Origin: Ilumatobacteraceae bacterium
GTDB taxonomy: Bacteria > Actinomycetota > Acidimicrobiia > Acidimicrobiales > Ilumatobacteraceae
Assembly (NCBI GenBank): GCA_963774765.1
Contig: CAVZGP010000010.1
Location: forward strand, 177,282 to 201,281
Reading direction: 5' to 3'
DNA: 24,000 nt
Below the pieces are notes generated by a model that did no database searches, had not been told where the DNA came from, and worked only from the letters and a program-made list of their open reading frames with translations. Each line of letters starts with the position of its first letter. The stretch's first letter is position 1. Shown piece after piece: positions 1-7,555 of the stretch. The translations under genes and the position numbers were made by a program.

Positions 1-2242
1 GGAACCGCTGGCGATACTCCCAGGCGAGGTCGGCGACGCGAACGCACGCTTCGGGATCGTCACCGTTGACATGGAAGATCGGCGCCTGAACGGTCTTCGC
101 GACGTCGGAGCAGTACAGCGACGAACGGGCGTACTGCGGCGCCGTCGTGAAGCCGATCTGGTTGTTGATGATCAGATGGATCGTGCCACCGATGCGGTAG
201 CCGCCGATGTCGCTCATCGCCAGCGATTCAGCGACAACGCCCTGACCGGCAAATGCGGCGTCACCATGGATCAGCACCGGCAACACGCTGAACGCGCCAG
301 CCGGCTCGATCTGGTCCTGAAGCGCTCGAGCCACGCCCATCACGATCGGCCCGACCGTTTCGAGGTGGCTCGGATTGGCCGCCAACTCGACGGCGACGTC
401 GGCGCCCGACGGGCTGACGTACTTGCCCTTGATGCCGAGGTGATATTTCACGTCGCCGGAGCCCTGCACGGACGACGGGTCGATGTGGCCCTCGAATTCG
501 GAGAAGATCGCCTCGTAGCTCTTGCCCATGATGTTCGACAGCACGTTGAGCCGGCCGCGGTGCGCCATCCCCAACAGAGCGCCGTCGAACTCGGTGTCGG
601 CAGCATGCGACAGCACGGCGTCGAGAATCGGGATCGCCGACTCGGCGCCCTCGATGCCGAAGCGCTTCGTGCCGACGTACTTCGTGGCGAGAAACTTCTC
701 GAAGCTCTCCGCCGCGTTCAGCCGTTCGAGGATCCGGTGCTTGCGGTCCTTGGACACCGCCGGCTGGACACTTTCGAACTGCTCCTGGATCCACTGCTGC
801 TCGTCGGTGTTCTGGATGTGCATGTACTCGACGCCGATTGTTCGACAGTACGCGTCACGCAACACACCGAGCAGGTCGCCGAGACGCATCTTGTCGACGC
901 CACCGACGCCGTCGGTGAGGAACTCGCGATCGAGGTCCCAGATGGTGAGGCCGTAGGTGGCCGGGTCGAGCTCGCGCGGAGTCAACGGCTCCTTCCAGCG
1001 CAGTGGGTCGAGGTCGGCAATGAGGTGGCCGCGCACCCGGTAGACCCGGATCAACTTGGCGACTGCCATCTGCTTGGCGAGCATCGCCTCTTCGCGGTCG
1101 ATCGCGAACGTGTCGGGGCGCCACTTGACCGCCTCGTACGGCATGTCGAGCGCCTGGAAGACGTCTTCGTAGAAGTCGTGTTCGCCGAGCAGCAACTCGT
1201 GCACGCGCTTGAGGAACAAGCCGGACTCGGCGCCTTGGATGATCCGGTGGTCGTAGGTGCTCGTGACCGTGACGACCTTGCTGACGCCGAGCGAGCTGAG
1301 GTTGCGCCGATCCGAACCCTCGAACTCGGCGGGATAGTCGATGCTGCCGACGCCGACGATGACGGCCTGGCCGGGCATCAAGCGTGGCACCGACTGCACG
1401 GTGCCGATCGTGCCCGGGTTGGTGAGGCTGACGTTGGCGCCCATGAAGTCGTCGACGGTGAGCTTGTTCGTCTTGACCTTGCGGATGATCTCCTCGTAGG
1501 CAGCCAGGAAGCCGTTGAAGTCGAGCGTGTCGGCGTCGCGGAGAACGGGCACGACGAGCGTCCGGCCACCCGCCTTTTCGACGTCGACGGCGAGACCCAT
1601 GCTGACGTGCTCGTTCTCGACGACGCGGGGCTTGCCGTCGGCGCCTTCGGCGTAGGTGTTCTTCATCGCCGGCACGGCGTCGGCAATCGCGCGGACGATG
1701 GCGTAGCCGATCAGGTGCGTGAAGCTGACCTTGGTCTGGCCGGTCCGGGCACGGAAGCCATTGATCACCTTGCGATTGACCTCGAGCAGCTTGGCCGGAA
1801 CGTTGCGGAAGCTGGTCGCCGTCGGAACGGTCAGACTGCGCTCCATGTTCGCAGCGATCGCGGCACCAGCCCCGCGGATCGGCTTGCCGGGCTCGTCGGC
1901 GGGCGCGTCAGCAGCGCCAGGCGCCGGAGCGGGTGGCGCGGTGGACGCTGGTGCGGTTGCCGGGGCAGGTGCGGGCATCGGGGGCGCCGCCGCCGCAGCA
2001 ACGGTGCTGCCAGTGGAGCGGACGTCATCGGTCGACGCGCGGTGGGCATCCGCGACTGCCTGCACCGCCGGCGACGTGGCGGCTGCCGCCGCGATGCTGG
2101 GCGCCTGGGAGTGGTAGTCGGCGAAGAACTCCTGCCACGATTCGCTCACCGACGCCGGATCGGCGACGAACTGCTCGTACATCTCCTCGACGAGCCACGA
2201 GTTCGCCCCGAACCCCGACCCCTGACCGTCTGGTGCTACCAC
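1..2242 (-). CDS. kgd: 2-oxoglutarate dehydrogenase/decarboxylase of the actinobacterial fused E2-like/E1 type (Kgd/OdhA). N-terminal ~747 codons only; the C-terminus lies beyond the left window edge.
   Basis: Absent from the ORF track because it runs off the edge. My minus-strand translation from GTG (2242-2240) gives MVAPDGQGSGFGANSWLVEEMYEQFVADPASVSESWQEFF. This is followed by an Ala/Pro-rich linker, an acyltransferase block containing DHRIIQGAESGLFL, and the ThDP E1 core VLIHGDAAFAGQGVVAESL...GGTIHLIINNQIGFTT...APIFHVNGDDPEA. The 751-aa plus ORF at 71..2326 is its antisense shadow. Confidence 0.93.
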   Translation of the reverse strand, partial: MVAPDGQGSGFGANSWLVEEMYEQFVADPASVSESWQEFFADYHSQAPSIAAAAATSPAVQAVADAHRASTDDVRSTGSTVAAAAAPPMPAPAPATAPASTAPPAPAPGAADAPADEPGKPIRGAGAAIAANMERSLTVPTATSFRNVPAKLLEVNRKVINGFRARTGQTKVSFTHLIGYAIVRAIADAVPAMKNTYAEGADGKPRVVENEHVSMGLAVDVEKAGGRTLVVPVLRDADTLDFNGFLAAYEEIIRKVKTNKLTVDDFMGANVSLTNPGTIGTVQSVPRLMPGQAVIVGVGSIDYPAEFEGSDRRNLSSLGVSKVVTVTSTYDHRIIQGAESGLFLKRVHELLLGEHDFYEDVFQALDMPYEAVKWRPDTFAIDREEAMLAKQMAVAKLIRVYRVRGHLIADLDPLRWKEPLTPRELDPATYGLTIWDLDREFLTDGVGGVDKMRLGDLLGVLRDAYCRTIGVEYMHIQNTDEQQWIQEQFESVQPAVSKDRKHRILERLNAAESFEKFLATKYVGTKRFGIEGAESAIPILDAVLSHAADTEFDGALLGMAHRGRLNVLSNIMGKSYEAIFSEFEGHIDPSSVQGSGDVKYHLGIKGKYVSPSGADVAVELAANPSHLETVGPIVMGVARALQDQIEPAGAFSVLPVLIHGDAAFAGQGVVAESLAMSDIGGYRIGGTIHLIINNQIGFTTAPQYARSSLYCSDVAKTVQAPIFHVNGDDPEACVRVADLAWEYRQRF

Positions 2243-2291
2243 GGCGCCAGCGTACCGGTCGTGTCGTCGCGTGGACGGCCGCTGCCGACGT

Positions 2292-2304
2292 GGGTTCAGA
2301 CCCC
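2292..2304. repeat. Degenerate copy (12/13 match) of the GGGGTCAGACCCC palindrome core.
   Basis: The sequence is GGGTTCAGACCCC. It overlaps the stop codon of the membrane-protein gene (KPGV*) and lies about 50 nt upstream of the kgd start. The arms outside the core barely pair. Confidence 0.45.
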
Positions 2305-2748
2305 CGGCTTGAAGACCATCAGGTAGAGCGTGACCAGCAGCAATGCGGTCAGGATCATCCCCCCGGTGTCGACCCGCTTGGCTGCACTCTCGTCACCGTC
2401 GGCCACCGCACGCTCGGCCGGGAGGAGCATCGCGTGCAGGACCCCGTTCATCGCGACCCAGACCAAGATCGCCAGCCAGAACCATGTCTGCCCGAATTCG
2501 ATCACACCATCGGACATCCCCTGCATGGCGAATCCGAACAGCCCGGTGAGGATCAACGCCGGCGCGTAGATCCGTCGCCCGTTGCCCGCGAGCATCCCGA
2601 GGACCTTGCCCCGATTGCCCGCATCGAGCGCCTTGGTCTGACTGGAGAGCAATGGATGAACGAATGCCGGCGCCATCGCGGCCAGTGCCGTCAGGATGTG
2701 CAGGAAGAGCATGACGTTGTACCCGGTGTCCCGGTATGCGGCGAACAT
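2296..2748 (-). CDS. Small integral membrane protein of about 150 aa with four predicted TM helices; function unknown.
   Basis: Listed as ORF 2296..2883. I trimmed the start to the internal ATG at 2748-2746 (MFAAYRDTGYNVMLFLHILTALAAMAPAF...). The upstream 45 codons are Arg/Ser/Trp-rich and run across the intergenic palindrome. Four hydrophobic segments are visible (LFLHILTALAAMAPAF, YAPALILTGLFGFAM, WFWLAILVWVAMNGVL, GMILTALLLVTLYLMVF). Confidence 0.6.
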   Translation of the reverse strand: MFAAYRDTGYNVMLFLHILTALAAMAPAFVHPLLSSQTKALDAGNRGKVLGMLAGNGRRIYAPALILTGLFGFAMQGMSDGVIEFGQTWFWLAILVWVAMNGVLHAMLLPAERAVADGDESAAKRVDTGGMILTALLLVTLYLMVFKPGV

Positions 2749-2849
2749 GCCCGCAAGAGTACGCCAATGACGTGACGATCTCTTGACCAGACCTTGACCT
2801 GCGTACGTTGACCACGCAGGGTGTTGTCGGGCTACGTTCGGTGACCAGT

Positions 2850-2882
2850 TGTTCCGTCTGGGGTCAGACCCCGGACGGAACA
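2850..2882. repeat. 33-nt near-perfect palindrome of the GGGGTCAGACCCC family, located in the 5' region of the FtsH-like gene.
   Basis: The sequence is tGTTCCGTCTGGGGTC-A-GACCCCGGACGGAACa. It has 16-nt arms centred on A2866, with one T/G (wobble) position. It lies between the divergent starts at 2748 and 2913, 30 nt upstream of the ATG. Confidence 0.85.
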
Positions 2883-2912
2883 CCGTGACACCAGCGACCG
2901 AAGGGGATCCTC

Positions 2913-4697
2913 ATGGAGATGGCACGACTGAGCACCGGCGAGATGCTGTCCGGCAAGGACATCGATGCCAACGCCAACCGCGAGCGCACCCGCCAGAAGC
3001 GCCTCACGAAGTGGCTGGTGATCCTCACCCTCGTGCTGACCTACCTCCTGTGGCGTCTGGTCAACGACAACCCGATCCGCCTCGGGATCCCCGGCTGGCT
3101 GATGGGCAACCCGGAAATCATCATCGCACTTGGTCTCATCGTGATTCTCGGCACGGTCATCTTCATCCCGTTCCTCACCGCAGGAAAGTCACCTCACACC
3201 CTGCTGCGGTCCTCGGATTCGAACATCCGTCTCGACGACGTGGTCGGCGCCGACCAGACCAAGCGCGAGGCGATCGACTCGATGAACCTGTTCCTGGCGT
3301 CGGAGACGTTCCAGCGCGAGATGGGCGGCAACGCTCGCCGCGGCGTGTTGTTCGAAGGTCCGCCCGGCACCGGCAAGACGTACCTCGCCAAGGCGATGGC
3401 AGCCGAGGCCGGTGTCCCGTTCCTGTTCGTGTCGGCAAGCGAGTTCCAGTCGATGTACTACGGCCAGACCAACAAGAAGATCCGCTCGTTCTTCAAGGCG
3501 CTCCGCAAGGCCGCACGCGACGAGGGCGGCGCGATCGGCTACATCGAGGAATTCGATGCCATCGGCGGGGCCCGCAGCGGCATGAACACCGGCTCACAAC
3601 GCGAGGGCATCGTGGGTGTCGTCAACGAACTGCTCGTGCAGATGCAGAGCTTCGATCTCCCCACAGGCCGTCAGAAGTTCAAGGCGAACTTCATCGACTG
3701 GTTCAACGGCTTCCTGCCCGACGACAAGCGGCGTCCACGGCCGAAGCGCACCGAGGCCAACATCCTGATCGTGGCGGCCACCAACCGCGCAGCCGACCTC
3801 GACCCGGCGCTGCTGCGACCCGGCCGGTTCGACCGCATCATCGGATTCAACCTTCCCCCACGCGCCGATCGCGTGGCGATCGCGCAGTACTACCTCGACC
3901 GCAAGAACCACGAGGAGAAGGTCACCGCAGCGTTGATCGCGGATCTCTCGGCCGGCTACACGCCGGTGAAGATCGAGAAGCTCCTCGACGAGGCGCTGGT
4001 GATCGCACTGCGCTACAGCCGCACCTCGATGACCGTGACCGACGTCCTCCAGGCTCAACTGGTCACCGAGGTCGGCGTGGCCCACGAGATGGGCTACCAC
4101 CCCGACGAGCGCCGTCGAATCGCGATCCACGAGGCGGGCCACGCGCTGACCGCCGTGCTCACGCGCCGCGATGTGAAGATGGCCTCGATCCTGCGCCGGT
4201 CGGCGGCTCTGGGTCTGGTCGCGCACGGCGATGTCGAGGAACGGTTCCTGAAGACCCCCAGCGACGCCCGCGACCTGATCTGCGTGGCGTTGGCGGGTCG
4301 GGCCGCCGAGCTCCAGGAGTACGGCGAGGCGTCGAGTGGAATCTCCTCCGATCTCGCGGTCGCCACCAATCTCGCCTCCCAGCTCGTCGGCCAACTCGGT
4401 CATGGCCCTGGGTTGTTGAGCCTCGAGGCGGCCGGCATGCCCACAGCTGGGAATCTCGTCGCCAAGGTGCTCTCGGACGAATCGAGCCGTGAAGCCGCCG
4501 AAGCCCTCATGACCGAGGGCTCCGAGCGCGCGGCCTTGATGACGTCGAAGTACCGCGACGCGCTGTTGCGGATCGCGGACGGGCTCTGCGAGAGCGACGA
4601 ACTCGAAGGCGATCAGATCAAGGCGATCGTCGCCGAGTACGCCGACGTCGCCGAGCGCCGCGGCCCCGTTCGCATCGCCCCTGTAGCCAGCATCTGA
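2913..4697 (+). CDS. FtsH-like membrane-anchored AAA+ ATPase / M41 zinc metalloprotease; atypical paralogue of 594 aa.
   Basis: The sequence shows Walker A GPPGTGKTYLAKA, a Walker B-like GYIEEFDAIG, second region of homology AATNRAADLDPALLRPGRFDRII, and the zinc site IAIHEAGHAL. There are two N-terminal TM segments (LTKWLVILTLVLTYLLWRLV and IIIALGLIVILGTVIFIPFL). A GAAGGGGA Shine-Dalgarno sequence sits 6 nt before the ATG at 2913. Confidence 0.88.
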   Translation: MEMARLSTGEMLSGKDIDANANRERTRQKRLTKWLVILTLVLTYLLWRLVNDNPIRLGIPGWLMGNPEIIIALGLIVILGTVIFIPFLTAGKSPHTLLRSSDSNIRLDDVVGADQTKREAIDSMNLFLASETFQREMGGNARRGVLFEGPPGTGKTYLAKAMAAEAGVPFLFVSASEFQSMYYGQTNKKIRSFFKALRKAARDEGGAIGYIEEFDAIGGARSGMNTGSQREGIVGVVNELLVQMQSFDLPTGRQKFKANFIDWFNGFLPDDKRRPRPKRTEANILIVAATNRAADLDPALLRPGRFDRIIGFNLPPRADRVAIAQYYLDRKNHEEKVTAALIADLSAGYTPVKIEKLLDEALVIALRYSRTSMTVTDVLQAQLVTEVGVAHEMGYHPDERRRIAIHEAGHALTAVLTRRDVKMASILRRSAALGLVAHGDVEERFLKTPSDARDLICVALAGRAAELQEYGEASSGISSDLAVATNLASQLVGQLGHGPGLLSLEAAGMPTAGNLVAKVLSDESSREAAEALMTEGSERAALMTSKYRDALLRIADGLCESDELEGDQIKAIVAEYADVAERRGPVRIAPVASI

Positions 4698-4703
4698 CCG
4701 TTA

Positions 4704-4726
4704 CATCTGGGGTCTGACCCCTGGTG
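4704..4726. repeat. Palindrome of the GGGGTC(A/T)GACCCC family at a convergent gene junction; terminator-like position.
   Basis: The sequence is CATCTGGGGTC-T-GACCCCTGGTG, with 11-nt arms containing one mismatch and one wobble. It starts 7 nt after the FtsH-like stop (4697) and ends 14 nt before the stop of the convergent chaperone gene (4740). No T-tract follows it on either strand. Confidence 0.8.
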
Positions 4727-4739
4727 AAATCGCGCCGGC

Positions 4740-5462
4740 TCAGAGCAGGAGATCGTCGGCGACGACGTCCTCGCAGGCCAGGATCGCTTCTTCGTCGACG
4801 GGAACTCCGGCATCAGCCTCCAGCAACGCCGAGGTGCGAAGGGGAATCACGTTGCGTTTCGCCGACTCGCTCCGCGTGAGATCGGCGGCGATCGCCGCGT
4901 AGGGGGCCCACGGGGCGAGTTCGTCGATCTCGTCCACCCTCGCCGCCCAGGCATCGATCCAGCCGCCGAGGTGATCGCGAAGGAACGCCCGGATCGCGTC
5001 GGCCACGATCGCGGCCTGGTCGTGGTCTCCGCGCTCGATCGCCTCAGCCTCCAACAACAACGCCATGGCGACGAACTCGAGTTGGGCGACGACGTGATCC
5101 GGCCGATCGTGCTTCACGACGGCGTTGAACGCCTGGTAGAAGCCGGCGATGTCGGCGAGGCGTGGTGTCACGCCGCCGACCGTCGTCACGACATTCGATC
5201 CCTCGTACGGCGCCACCCGACCGAGATCGAACCACCGCACCCAGCGTCCCGCAAGTTGTTCAGGCGACGCGAGCGGGACCTCGGCGGGGCGCTCCAGCCG
5301 TCGTCGCGCCGCGTCCTCCCCCGCCGCATCCAGCGCCGCCTTCAGTGTGTCCACCGCGTCGGTGTCGGTGAGCCAGGTCGTGTCGGGGCCGAGCAGCCGC
5401 GCCACCGACGCAAAGCCGACCGAGCGGGCTCGCAGTACCGATGTCGGTGGCGCGGAGCCCAT
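4740..5462 (-). CDS. TorD/NarJ-family redox-enzyme maturation chaperone; delta subunit of the adjacent molybdoenzyme.
   Basis: Listed as ORF 4740..5705. I trimmed the start to the ATG at 5462-5460, which sits 1 nt after the gamma stop (5464-5466). The upstream 81 codons overlap the gamma gene and are Arg/Pro/Ser-rich. The body has the TorD-like pattern RLADIAGFYQAFN...DHVVAQLEFVAMALLLEAEA, and the gene is last in an alpha-beta-gamma-delta operon. Confidence 0.75.
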   Translation of the reverse strand: MGSAPPTSVLRARSVGFASVARLLGPDTTWLTDTDAVDTLKAALDAAGEDAARRRLERPAEVPLASPEQLAGRWVRWFDLGRVAPYEGSNVVTTVGGVTPRLADIAGFYQAFNAVVKHDRPDHVVAQLEFVAMALLLEAEAIERGDHDQAAIVADAIRAFLRDHLGGWIDAWAARVDEIDELAPWAPYAAIAADLTRSESAKRNVIPLRTSALLEADAGVPVDEEAILACEDVVADDLLL

Positions 5463-5463
5463 C

Positions 5464-6378
5464 TCAGGCCGCCACGTGCAGAGTGTGGACCGTGGTGGAG
5501 GGTTGTTTGCGGCTTCCGGCGTCCTGGTCACCGCCCGACCAGACGGCAAAGGCACAGGTGCATGTGCTGGCCGGTTTGATGGCGATCTCACCCGGTTCCG
5601 TCGGCGACAGTGGCTTGGTGATGATGACCCGCCAGCCGGACTCGGTGCGTTCTCCGCGTCCGAACACGTCCTGGACCGACGCGGTTTCCGTCGTACTGAA
5701 GCCATAGGCGATCGCCTTTTCCACGGGCGTGATCCGAAGCGCGGCCGACATCGGGTTGGCGACGTCGACCCCCGGCAGCCACTGAGTGGCGTCGACCGCC
5801 TCGTAGGACTCGATGGTCACATCTGCCGGCGCGACGTCGTACACGATCGGATAGACGTCGATGCTGCGGTTGGGATACACCGCATCGAGGCCTTGGCGAC
5901 CCTCGTTCACGTCGCGTTGCCAATCCGCTTTCCAGTGCAGCAGCGTCGAGGGACGCGTCGCCGAACCCATCGTGCGCAGCGATTCATCCTCCGCACCGGC
6001 AACGAGCATCACCGCACAGGCGTCGCGGAAGTCGTCGACACGCACGGTCAGGTCGTTCACGTCGGCATCGTCCCACTCGAGGAGGAACCCGAGCATGGCC
6101 TCGTCGTGAAGTGCGGTCACCCGCATCGACGTCACCGACGGGACGAGCTTCTGCGGCAACACGAGATCCTGAGGGCCGAGATCGATCCGACTGTGCAGCC
6201 CGAGCGCCCATGCCGCAGCATCGAAATCACCGACAGGAACCTTCTCGACCCGCCCGGCGAGGATGCCGGGGCCGTCGTACACGTCGGGCCCGCACGCGAA
6301 GAGCGCCGAGGCGCCCGCACCGAGCACGGCGCCTTGCAGGACACGGCGCCGGGTGAGGCCTTGCGAGACGATCGTCAT
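5464..6378 (-). CDS. Gamma subunit of a type II DMSO-reductase-family enzyme (ethylbenzene-dehydrogenase-gamma/EB_dh-like heme-b protein). Has a Tat signal and a possible lipobox.
   Basis: The N-terminus is MTIVSQGLTRRRVLQGAVLGAGASALFACG, which contains a twin-arginine motif and then LFAC. The size (304 aa), the soluble all-beta-like composition and the C-terminal FAVWSGGDQDAGSRK block resemble EbdC/SerC/DdhC/NxrC-type subunits. A GAGGAG Shine-Dalgarno sequence precedes the ATG. The gene lies between the beta and chaperone genes. Confidence 0.72.
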   Translation of the reverse strand: MTIVSQGLTRRRVLQGAVLGAGASALFACGPDVYDGPGILAGRVEKVPVGDFDAAAWALGLHSRIDLGPQDLVLPQKLVPSVTSMRVTALHDEAMLGFLLEWDDADVNDLTVRVDDFRDACAVMLVAGAEDESLRTMGSATRPSTLLHWKADWQRDVNEGRQGLDAVYPNRSIDVYPIVYDVAPADVTIESYEAVDATQWLPGVDVANPMSAALRITPVEKAIAYGFSTTETASVQDVFGRGERTESGWRVIITKPLSPTEPGEIAIKPASTCTCAFAVWSGGDQDAGSRKQPSTTVHTLHVAA

Positions 6379-6387
6379 GACAGCTCC

Positions 6388-7527
<1,140 letters not shown>

Positions 7528-7555
7528 GGCTTCCTTTCGTCTGTCTCAGGGGTGT

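Noticed and set aside
71-2326. 751-aa plus-strand ORF, one of the longest in the track.
   Set aside because: It is antisense to kgd, whose minus-strand translation carries unmistakable E2-like and ThDP E1 motifs. The plus-strand product is Arg/Asp/Val/Gly/His-rich, with a low-complexity Arg/Gly tail and no recognisable motif. This is the usual high-GC shadow ORF.
2849-4492. 547-aa plus-strand ORF overlapping the FtsH-like gene in another frame.
   Set aside because: It is extremely Arg/Pro/Gly-rich (RRRGRRRPDQARGDR...) and starts inside the intergenic palindrome. It carries no motifs, whereas the 2913..4697 frame carries the Walker A, SRH and HEAGH motifs.
5463-5705. 81-codon N-terminal extension of the chaperone ORF (4740..5705). 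The 45-codon extension of the membrane-protein ORF (2749..2883) is a similar case.
   Set aside because: The chaperone extension overlaps the 3' end of the gamma gene. The membrane-protein extension runs across an intergenic palindrome. Both are Arg/Ser/Pro-rich, and internal ATGs give compact, coupled gene models.
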